Shown here piece by piece: positions 24,699 to 33,602 of a stretch of 64,000 nucleotides of DNA. Source of the DNA: Azolla caroliniana (lineage: Eukaryota > Plantae > Polypodiophyta). Position numbers and translations under genes: made by a program. A model generated the notes under the pieces. That model searched no databases and had not been told where the DNA came from. It was given only the letters and a program-made list of their open reading frames with translations. How positions within the stretch are numbered: the stretch's first letter is position 1; each line of letters opens with the position of its first letter. Where the stretch lies: NCBI GenBank assembly GCA_043228905.1, contig JBHGNT010000002.1:1054001-1118000 (forward strand). Direction: 5' to 3'.

Positions 24699-27600
24699 TG
24701 TTAGAAAATTGGCGCTTTCAAAACCTTCACCTCTCGGCCACAACCGAGGAAACACGAATCAATGCAGAAGTAAATCAAAAACACAGAGAGAGACTCGAAT
24801 GCACAGGGTTTAGCGTGGAAAACCCTAGACGGGAAAAACCACGGGAGTGCAAGACTCCAACTATCACTATACGCAGGGAATGTACAATGGCGAGCTGCAA
24901 GGCGACGACCTTGAGCTCGCTGTCCTCGCCACAGGCGGCGGTATTACACAGAGGCGTCGACCTCTTCCTTTCTCTCTCTCTCTCACTCTCTCTCTCGGCT
25001 GCTCTCACTTCGCTCCCTCTAAGTGGAAAACAGAAAAATGAGCAACAACTACAAAACTGTTTGCCCTAAGTCATATTTATACACATATGACTTTCGGGCT
25101 ATCTACAAATATAGCCTCGAGGGCCCTAGGCAAACATATTCACAAATATGTCCCCGCATCCGGATCTCTCTCCGGGTACATTCGTCATCCGGCTCCATAG
25201 CCGGGGTCTTCATCATCCGGCTCCGTAGCCGGGGTCTTCATCATCCGGATCCGAAACCGGGTCTTCATCATCCGGTTCCGATACCGGGTACTCCTCATTC
25301 GGGTCTTCATTCCCGATTCCCGGACATCTGACCATCCCATCCGGAGGGACCGTAATCCCAACAAACTCCCCCTTCACTTCGGCATGGGATGTCTTTCCAG
25401 TCCGACCCTCTTCCGGCACGCTTCCAGCTTGTCGGGTGTGAGCACTTTGGTCAGCATATCTGACCCGTTCTCGTCCGTGTGGATCTTCGTCAGCACGAAC
25501 TCCTGGTCTTCTAACCTTTCCCGGATCCAGTGATATCTTCGCTGGATGTGCTTCGTCCGGGAGTGATAGGCCGCATTCTTCGCAAGGTGGATGGCACTCT
25601 GACTGTCGCAGTAGAGTCGGTACTCCTCCTGCCGGATACCGAGCTCTCTAATGAAGTCCTTCATCCATATTATTTCCTTGCCGGCTTCAACAGCCGCCAT
25701 GTACTCCGCCTCCGTGGTTGACAACGCAACCGTCTTCTGCAGCCTCGACTGCCACGAAACAGCTCCCCCTGCATACGTCATCACATACCCTGATGTGGAC
25801 CGGCTGGTATCTGCATCAGCCGACATATCCGAATCGGTAAAGCCGTCGAGTTCGGGCTTACCGGAGCCGAATCGGAGGCACACGTTTGCCGTGCCCTTCA
25901 GGTATCTGAGTATCCACTTGGCCACGTTCCAGTGCTCTTTGCCGGGATTGCTCATGTACCGGCTCACCACTCCGACTGCATATCCTATGTCCGGTCTTGT
26001 ACACACCATTGCGTACATCAAGCTTCCGACGGCAGAGGCATATGGTACTTTCATCATGTCCTCCTTCTCAGCCTTTGTCTTGGGGCTTTGCTTGCTGGAC
26101 AATTTGCAGTTTGCCGGGAGGGTTGACCCGACCGGTCTTGCTTCCGACATGTTGAACAGGTGAAGCACCTTTGTCACGTACTTCTCCTGTGACAGCCACA
26201 ACTGCTTCTTCTTCCGGTCCCGGATGATGTGCATCCCTAGTATTTGCCTCGCCGGACCCAGGTCCTTCATTGAGAAGGTTCGGTGAAGCGCTTTCTTCAG
26301 CATCCGTATCTTGACCTGGTCCCGTCCAACGATCAACATGTCCTCCACGTACAGGAGGAGTATTAGAAAGTCTCCTCCTTCGAACTTCTTCACAAACACG
26401 CAGTGATCGGACTGCGTTTTGTGGTACCCTTTGTCGGTCATGAAAGAGTCGAACTTCCGGTACCATTGTCGGGGAGCCTGCTTCAGTCCGTAAAGGCTCT
26501 TCTTCAACCGGCATACCAGGTGCTCCTTCCCTTTCTTCTCGAATCCTTCCGGTTGCTGCATGTAGATCTCTTCTTCGAGGTCACCGTGAAGGAATGCCGT
26601 CTTCACGTCCATCTGTTCTACCTCGAGGTCCATGCTTGCCGCTATGCTCAGCACCGTCCGGATGGAGGTCATCTTCACTACCGGGGCAAATATCTCGTCG
26701 AAGTCGACGCCCTTCTTCTGCTGGAACCCCTTCACCACGATCCTGGCTTTGTATCTCGGGGGGTTTCCGGCATCTCCCGGTTTCAGCTTGAACACCCACT
26801 TGTTTCGAAGTGCCCGCTTTCCTTTCGGCAACTCCACAAGTTCATATGTGTGGTTCTCATGCAGGGAATCCATCTCCTCCTGCATGGCACTTAACCACCT
26901 GCGGCTATGGGTGTCAAGCTTTGCTTCTTCAAAACTCTCCGGCTCCCCCTCGTCGGTTAGCAGCACATGCTCTGGTTCCGGAAATCTCCGGGGGGCCCTT
27001 CTCTCTCTTAGAGGATATCTCCGTTCCGGAGCTTCGGTAACCGGCTCCTCCGTTTCCTCTTCATCCGAATCCATTTCGGGATCGGGGCTGGTTCCGGTGT
27101 CAGTTTCATCTTCCTCGGCCGGTTCTGTTTCTTCACCGTCTTCGGCCGGATCCTCGAGTGCTAACCGGTCCCTTGCCGGTCGGGACTGCTCCTCGTAGAG
27201 TTGATCCTCACCGGTCGACTTGGAGCTCTTCATCTTCTTCTCCGACTCCCAGTCGGTGAGTGTCTTGTCCTCCATGAAGATGATATCACGACTCCGGAAT
27301 ATCTTTTTGTCGACCGGGTCCCATACTCGGTAGCCGAACTCGTCATCGTCGTAACCGAGGAATATGCATGGCCGGGTCTTTGGATCTAGCTTTCCTCTCC
27401 GGTCCTTTGCCACATGCACATATGCGAGACACCCGAACACCTTCAGATGCCGGTAGGATACTTCCCTGCCGGTCCACACTCTCTGCGGCGTGTCTCCGTC
27501 CAAAGGTACTGAGGGTGATCTGTTTATCACGTATGTCGCCGTCGACATTGCCTCAGCCCAAAACCCCTTGGGTAATTTCGCATGCGCCAGCATACTCCGG

Positions 27601-30143
27601 ACCCTCTCCATTATGGTCCGGTTCATCCTCTCGGCCAACCCGTTCAGTTCCGGCGTCTTCGGCACAGTAAACTCGAGCCGGATTCCCTTCGAGCGACAGT
27701 ACTCCTCGAACTGCCCCCGGTATTCCCCTCCGTTATCCGCTCGTATCGCTTTCAGCTTCTTGCCGGATTCCCTTTCCACTCTCGCGTGGAGTTCTTTGAA
27801 GACGCACAACACTTGGTCCTTTTTCTTCAACGGTGCCGTCCACAGCTTCCGGCTGTGGTCATCAATGAATGTCACGAAATACTGGGCTCCGCCATGTGAC
27901 TTCGTTTCTACTTGACACACGTCAGTGTGCACCAACTCCAATGGTGCGCTACGTCTCGTCGGTGGCCTTGAGTGGAAGGAGGTTCGGTTCTGCTTACCGG
28001 CCAGGCAATCGGTGCACTTCTCCAGGTGCACATGCTTCACTGGAATAAGGTTGTCTTCTGCAAGCCTCTTCATCCCCTTCTCACTCATGTGGCACAGTCT
28101 CTTGTGCCACAGCTCACCGGCAGTGTCGGCTGCCATGTTCAACTCCTCTGGACACAACCAGGCATTCATAAGGTACAGTGTGTTGACTTTCCGGGCCCGA
28201 GCCACTATCAGGCTCCCCTTGCTGAACTTCATTACACAGTTCCGGATGCTACCTGTGTAGCCTTCATCGTCTAGCCTCCCAGCCGAAATCAGGTTCAATC
28301 GAACCTCCGGAACGTGTCGGACATCCTTCAGCAACATTTTGCATCCGGTCGAGGTTGTCAACCACACGTCTCCTATGCCGGCAATCCGGCACGTACCTTC
28401 ATTTCCCATCCGAACACAGCCATGCTCACCGGCTGTGTAGGATGAGAAGTATCTTCTTTCCGGGGTCAGGTGAAACGACGCTCGGGAATCGACCACCCAG
28501 GTAGTCTCATCGCCGGCAATGTTTAGTTCACCTTCTTCGGTAATGAGCATGATCTCCTCTTCACTTGCCGCGAGTGCCGTCGTTCCTTTCCAGTCCTGCC
28601 CTCGCCGATCCGAACCATTCCGGTCCGTGGCTCCCCGGTAAGCACCGTTCCGTTTCGATGACTTCTTCGAATCGGTGTCGTCGGCTCCGTTGTCTTTTCG
28701 GTAATGCCGACAATTCTTTCGGAAGTGCCCGGGCTTCCCACAGTGGAAGCATGTGGGCCTTCCTCTTGACTGCGACCGGGTCCCCGACTTCTCCCGTCTT
28801 TGCGGACTCCGGTTCCGTTGTCTTCCCCGATCCGATTCGGTAAGCAGCATCTTCGGATCGGAGGCCGGTTCTTTATCTCTCCAATGCGCTTCTTCGTTCA
28901 AAATGCTTGTCTTTACCGTTTGTAGGGACAAGTTATCTTCGGTGCAGGAGGTGCTGAGAGTCACCACCAAGTTCTCCCAGCTTTCCGGCAATGTACACAT
29001 CAACATGATGGCTTGCATTGCATCCTCCAACGGGAACTTGATCGCCGCAAGCTGGTTCACGAATCCCATGAACGTGCTTACGTGTTCCACCATACTCTCG
29101 CCGTCCCGGTACTTGAGGTTCACTATCTTCCTCATCAGGGAGGTCCGGTTCAACGCATTCTTCCTCTCGTAGAGGCCCGACAGCTTCTGCCACATCTCAT
29201 ATGCGTTGGTGTCGTTCGCCACATGTTGTAGAACGCTCACGTCGACGTATTGCCGAATGGTTGCAACGGCTTTCCGGTTCAGAAGCCTCCATTCCGTCTC
29301 AAGTACCCCCTTGGGTATTTCCGACCTGTCGATCGGTTCATATAGGTCCCGAACAATGAGCAGATCCTCCATCTTTATCTTCCAGTCGGCGTAGTTCTGC
29401 GCATTCAGCACCATCATCCCCGGCTGCCCGCTGCTGCCGCCTTCCATTTTCTGCACTGCAGTCGCTCTGATACCATATTGTTAGAAAATTGGCGCTTTCA
29501 AAACCTTCACCTCTTGGCCACAACCGAGGAAACACGAATCAATGCAGAAGTAAATCAAAAACACAGAGAGAGACTCGAATGCACAGGGTTTAGCGTGGAA
29601 AACCCTAGACGGGAAAAACCACGGGAGTGCAAGACTCCAACTATCACTATACGCAGGGAATGTACAATGGCGAGCTGCAAGGCGACGACCTTGAGCTCGT
29701 TGTCCTCGCCACAGGCGGCGGTATTACACAGAGGCGTCGACCTCTTCCTTTCTCTCTCTCTCTCACTCTCTCTCTCGGCTGCTCTCACTTCGCTCCCTCT
29801 AAGTGGAAAACAGAAAAATGAGCAACAACTACAAAACTGTTTGCCCTAAGTCATATTTATACACATATGACTTTCGGGCTATCTACAAATATAGCCTCGA
29901 GGGCCCTTGGCAAACATATTCACAAATATGTCCCCGCATCCGGATCTCTCTCCGGGTACATTCGTCATCCGGCTCCGTAGCCGGGGTCTTCATCATCCGG
30001 CTCCGTAGCCGGGGTCTTCATCATCCGGATCCGAAACCGGGTCTTCATCATCCGGTTCCGATACCGGGTACTCCTCATTCGGGTCTTCATTCCCGATTCC
30101 CGGACATCTGACCATCCCATCCGGAGGGACCGTAATCCCAACA
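24699..30143 (-). mobile_element. Full-length Ty1/copia LTR retrotransposon (copia-2), same family as copia-1
   Basis: LTRs 24699-25363 and 29479-30143 (665 bp, 4 substitutions seen); TSD TAGAT at 24694-24698 and 30144-30148; Met PBS 29464-29475; PPT next to 25364. Confidence 0.98.
25374..29447 (-). CDS. Copia polyprotein; open frame but catalytic-site substitutions (PR DSR, RT YVED)
   Basis: Near-identical to the copia-1 protein; ATG at 29447. Confidence 0.9.
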   Translation of the reverse strand: MEGGSSGQPGMMVLNAQNYADWKIKMEDLLIVRDLYEPIDRSEIPKGVLETEWRLLNRKAVATIRQYVDVSVLQHVANDTNAYEMWQKLSGLYERKNALNRTSLMRKIVNLKYRDGESMVEHVSTFMGFVNQLAAIKFPLEDAMQAIMLMCTLPESWENLVVTLSTSCTEDNLSLQTVKTSILNEEAHWRDKEPASDPKMLLTESDRGRQRNRSPQRREKSGTRSQSRGRPTCFHCGKPGHFRKNCRHYRKDNGADDTDSKKSSKRNGAYRGATDRNGSDRRGQDWKGTTALAASEEEIMLITEEGELNIAGDETTWVVDSRASFHLTPERRYFSSYTAGEHGCVRMGNEGTCRIAGIGDVWLTTSTGCKMLLKDVRHVPEVRLNLISAGRLDDEGYTGSIRNCVMKFSKGSLIVARARKVNTLYLMNAWLCPEELNMAADTAGELWHKRLCHMSEKGMKRLAEDNLIPVKHVHLEKCTDCLAGKQNRTSFHSRPPTRRSAPLELVHTDVCQVETKSHGGAQYFVTFIDDHSRKLWTAPLKKKDQVLCVFKELHARVERESGKKLKAIRADNGGEYRGQFEEYCRSKGIRLEFTVPKTPELNGLAERMNRTIMERVRSMLAHAKLPKGFWAEAMSTATYVINRSPSVPLDGDTPQRVWTGREVSYRHLKVFGCLAYVHVAKDRRGKLDPKTRPCIFLGYDDDEFGYRVWDPVDKKIFRSRDIIFMEDKTLTDWESEKKMKSSKSTGEDQLYEEQSRPARDRLALEDPAEDGEETEPAEEDETDTGTSPDPEMDSDEEETEEPVTEAPERRYPLRERRAPRRFPEPEHVLLTDEGEPESFEEAKLDTHSRRWLSAMQEEMDSLHENHTYELVELPKGKRALRNKWVFKLKPGDAGNPPRYKARIVVKGFQQKKGVDFDEIFAPVVKMTSIRTVLSIAASMDLEVEQMDVKTAFLHGDLEEEIYMQQPEGFEKKGKEHLVCRLKKSLYGLKQAPRQWYRKFDSFMTDKGYHKTQSDHCVFVKKFEGGDFLILLLYVEDMLIVGRDQVKIRMLKKALHRTFSMKDLGPARQILGMHIIRDRKKKQLWLSQEKYVTKVLHLFNMSEARPVGSTLPANCKLSSKQSPKTKAEKEDMMKVPYASAVGSLMYAMVCTRPDIGYAVGVVSRYMSNPGKEHWNVAKWILRYLKGTANVCLRFGSGKPELDGFTDSDMSADADTSRSTSGYVMTYAGGAVSWQSRLQKTVALSTTEAEYMAAVEAGKEIIWMKDFIRELGIRQEEYRLYCDSQSAIHLAKNAAYHSRTKHIQRRYHWIRERLEDQEFVLTKIHTDENGSDMLTKVLTPDKLEACRKRVGLERHPMPK

Positions 30144-30148
30144 TAGAT

Positions 30149-30345
30149 GTCTATTCATTCATCACAACTCATTCGGTTCAACACCAGTTTGTAGCCCCTT
30201 AGCCTACTCTTTGTAATCCTTGCTCTCTTATAATATAAATTCTCTTTCCATTTCTAGTGTTCTTTCTTTTTCTCTCTCTCTCTCTCTCTCCCTCTACCTT
30301 CTACTATCATCTTATTTTTCTCTCTCCTATTCTCAAGTCACGACA
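30149..30345 (+). repeat. 3' part of family C LTR (resumes after copia-2)
   Basis: Matches 24348-24499 and ends in GTCACGACA. Confidence 0.8.
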
Positions 30346-30626
30346 GGAGGAAGAGCGGACCAGGAGCCGGCAAGGCCGTAGTTGACGGGGGCTGAACCCT
30401 TACCGACCAGTTACGATTTTGAAAGGAAACCAGTGAGGGGTAAGCACGGAGCGGAACAAGAGACGTGTGAGTGGCCATCGAGGGCCGAAGCAAGCACGAG
30501 TACGGGACGGCGTTTGGCACAGGCGGTGCCGAACAAGGAAGGCGGAAGACGCCACACAGCACGACGACCATAGAAGGAACAAGGACCGTCTATTGGGGTC
30601 ACCTAAGGACCGAAGAACGAACGCGC
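30346..30626 (+). mobile_element. Non-coding family D internal region; continues at 37962-38427 and ends in a PPT
   Basis: Similar to ~39900-40100; interrupted by the gypsy with GCGC TSD; PPT-like GAGGTTTGGTGGGGGTGAA before LTR-B at 38428. Confidence 0.6.
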
Positions 30627-31435
30627 TGTCGTGAAGAAAACCGTCCATAGGCGGAATCGGCGCACCTAGGCGTGGGAACCGGTTCTTCACGCGCGCAAGC
30701 TCCGAGTTGTACGAAGAAGCGAGTTAGGAGGATAATCGGCAGGAACGGGCCCTAACATAAGTGGAGACAAAGACCACGCGAACAGTCTTTTCGGTCGCGC
30801 GCGCGAGCTAAGGGACGGCACGAGTCGGCGGCGTAACTACGCGGATGCGTGAAGAACGGAGCGGATCCCGGTTCAAAAGGAACAGGGAATAAAGCTGACA
30901 GGACGGCCTGCTCGTCGGGCTATATAAGAGCAGGAAAGAGCTGTTGCAGGGATCGAGCGCGGAGAGGACGAAGTGTTGTCAGACCGTTTCTGGACGCTTC
31001 TCTCTCTCTGTTTCCTTCCTTCTTGAGCTCCATAGCTTTCTGTGCAGGGTTCCGAGGAGGCTCGCGCTGTTTCGAGGAACGCCCGAGTGCTTCCGGCAGC
31101 ACCTCCGACCTGCAAACCCCCCCGTCCCCCCTGTTTGTGCGTCGAAGCGAACAGGCATCGGCATCTGTTCGCCGGCCTGTTCGGTTGTAACCAACCTGTG
31201 CCCCATCGAGGGTTGTAGCCGTGTTAGCCATTTTGTTAATATACATATTAGTCATTCGCATCTGTCTGTGTCGGTGTCTGTTCGCGTTCTCCGTGCTGAA
31301 GGGCCGTGTCCCTGTGTATCCCCGGTCCTGCGTAGCCGGTTCTCTCTCTTTCTCCTCCCTCGCTTGCTCTTTGGTTCGAGACCCCCGCGGTCCCGCCTCG
31401 ATTCCACACGCACTTGCGTAATATCTCGACATCTT

Positions 31436-31452
31436 TGGTGAACCCGACGTGA
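31436..31452 (+). promoter_or_regulatory. Primer-binding site complementary to the tRNA-Trp 3' end
   Basis: TGGTGAACCCGACGTGA 4 nt after the LTR; same PBS at 15710-15726(-), 21131-21147(-), 50393-50409(+). Confidence 0.85.
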
Positions 31453-33602
31453 AAGAGGCGGCAGAAGAGCAGAAGATGAGGGGGTCGGATCTTGCAGAGG
31501 CCATGGCTTCGGCCGTGGATCGGATTGTAAACGCGCGCGAGGGCACCGGTGCCCTCGACAGAGCTATTGAGGCGGTCGTCGGCACGATCGGCCGGTTCGA
31601 TGGGAAGGATGCCACGAAGTATTTGGCGTCCTACGGTGCAGAGATGCTGATGCGGGACATTCCGAAAGAAAGGCGTCTTGGCGGATTTCCCCGAGTGGCG
31701 ATGCCGAGCATCCATGCGGAGGTGCTCGAGGTGCGGGCGGAGAGCCGTACCTGGGAGGAGTTCGAAGGACGGCTCCTAGAGAAATACGGGCTGGACGACG
31801 CGCTCCGGCTTTCGAAGCGAAGGTTCATGGAATGGGTGGAGTCCCCGGGGAAGGGAAGAAACGCGTCGGCACTCCTCCGGGAGTTCGAGGAAAACTTTGC
31901 GCGCCTTTCGGCGCTCGACCGAACCATCCTGGACACGAGCCGGGTCTTGCTGTTTGTCAAGTCGGTCGACGAGCGGGATCGGGAGCACGTGGGCCTCTTG
32001 CTGGAAACCGAAGACGGGCTCACTACCGACTGGGCGGCTGTCAAGAAAGTATGTGGCCGTTTCGACAAACGGCGAGAATGGGCGGATAACGGGGCAGCCG
32101 GGTCGGGCTCGGTCGCAGCAAGGAAGCTCGAACCAGCGCCACAGGTGCGAAAGGAAGAGACCCGAGAGTGGTTGGAAACCGGTTCGGCTTCGACCGGCGT
32201 AGTCAGAGGCTCGACCGGAGGAGCGGCGCTGGAGGAATTGACGAGGGCGATAAAGGACCTCCAAATCGCGCAAGCCCGAAGGGAAGGTGGCGAACCGGCT
32301 CGTGACCGACGGCCAGCGGCAGGAAACAAGTGCATGTGGTGCGATGAAGTCGGCCACATTCGGAAGGACTGCGGCGACTTCGCGGAGGCGCTGAGGAACA
32401 GGGTGGTGTACCTGTGGGAAGGACGGGTGCATGACAGCGACACCCGAAGGGCCCTGAGCCGAAACGACGGGCGAGGTGGTATGAAAAGGTTGATGGAAGA
32501 GGCGGCGGCCCGACACGCGGAAACCGTCCACTACTCGGCGTCGGCCGGCATTCGAGTCGGGGGCGGCGAGGCCCGAAGGGAAAGCAAAGCCGGATTCTGG
32601 CCGACGATGCTGGAAGGCCTTGCCGGTGCAAGGCTTAAAAGGGAGGAATCGGACCGTGCGGAGAAACGGGTACGGGAGATGACCGGGTGGAGCGACCCTG
32701 TCGAGGAAAAGACGGGCTTCGTGGAAGCCGCTTGCCAGAACCACGAGGCCCTGGTAGAAGAGAAGCGGGTGGGGAAACCCGGGACGACCGGGCCCTCACA
32801 ACGATACGAGACCCGGTCCGGGCCACGACGGGACGAAGCCGGCGGGGCCGGTACGCAAGATAAACCCCAGAAGGGCGGGTACCGTCTGGGGACGGAGATA
32901 GAAAGGACCACGGACTTACAAAAGGTCCTGGAGGAGCGGATCCTCGACAGTAAGGTGGAGTTGTCGTTACGAGAGGTGCTGGGAATCGCCAAGAAGGAGT
33001 TCCACGACTCCATCGTGGACTTGGTGAAACGGAAGAGGCTGTCAACGGAGACAGAACCGGAAAGACCGGTGGAAGTGCGGACGACGCACCTAGACGACAT
33101 GGCGCTGGGAGACGAGTGGGCGGAAAGCCACTATTCGAGACCACACTGGGCCCGAGCGACCACGGAAACCCCGGTGAAGATCGGCGATGTCCAGGAACCG
33201 GCGATAGCTTTGGTGGACCATGGATCGGAGATCAATTTGATGTCCATGGACTTCTATAAGAAGGGCAAATGGCCGATCAACACCAAGCACAGGTGGAAAA
33301 TAAGGGCAGCAACGCGCGCCACCGAGGAACTGCACGGGGCCTGTCCGAATGTGCGAGTCAAGATCGGCGACGTCGAGATTGACCAGCACTTCTTCGTGCA
33401 GGAGACGTCTTCGCATCCGGTCATACTGGGAGAGCCGTACATCACGGCGGCGCGAATGGAGACCAAGGTGCTGGACAATGGTTCGGCCTACGCGAGGGTC
33501 AAAAGCCAAGACGGGCGCCATTCGGTCCAGTTTCTGACGGTACGGCCGAACCACGAACGTAACCGTGATTCCCTCGGTTCCGAAAACCGAGAGGATTTTT
33601 AG
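31449..33602 (+). CDS. Gag-protease ORF (first ATG at ~31476, MRGSD)
   Basis: CMWCDEVGHIRKDC zinc knuckle; ALVDHGSEINLM...VILGEPY aspartic protease. Confidence 0.9.
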   Translation: MKEAAEEQKMRGSDLAEAMASAVDRIVNAREGTGALDRAIEAVVGTIGRFDGKDATKYLASYGAEMLMRDIPKERRLGGFPRVAMPSIHAEVLEVRAESRTWEEFEGRLLEKYGLDDALRLSKRRFMEWVESPGKGRNASALLREFEENFARLSALDRTILDTSRVLLFVKSVDERDREHVGLLLETEDGLTTDWAAVKKVCGRFDKRREWADNGAAGSGSVAARKLEPAPQVRKEETREWLETGSASTGVVRGSTGGAALEELTRAIKDLQIAQARREGGEPARDRRPAAGNKCMWCDEVGHIRKDCGDFAEALRNRVVYLWEGRVHDSDTRRALSRNDGRGGMKRLMEEAAARHAETVHYSASAGIRVGGGEARRESKAGFWPTMLEGLAGARLKREESDRAEKRVREMTGWSDPVEEKTGFVEAACQNHEALVEEKRVGKPGTTGPSQRYETRSGPRRDEAGGAGTQDKPQKGGYRLGTEIERTTDLQKVLEERILDSKVELSLREVLGIAKKEFHDSIVDLVKRKRLSTETEPERPVEVRTTHLDDMALGDEWAESHYSRPHWARATTETPVKIGDVQEPAIALVDHGSEINLMSMDFYKKGKWPINTKHRWKIRAATRATEELHGACPNVRVKIGDVEIDQHFFVQETSSHPVILGEPYITAARMETKVLDNGSAYARVKSQDGRHSVQFLTVRPNHERNRDSLGSENREDF

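Noticed and set aside
24500-30345. TIR DNA transposon defined by the 37-bp inverted repeats
   Set aside because: No TSD or transposase, and the repeat is the LTR terminus itself; kept only as a rearrangement finding
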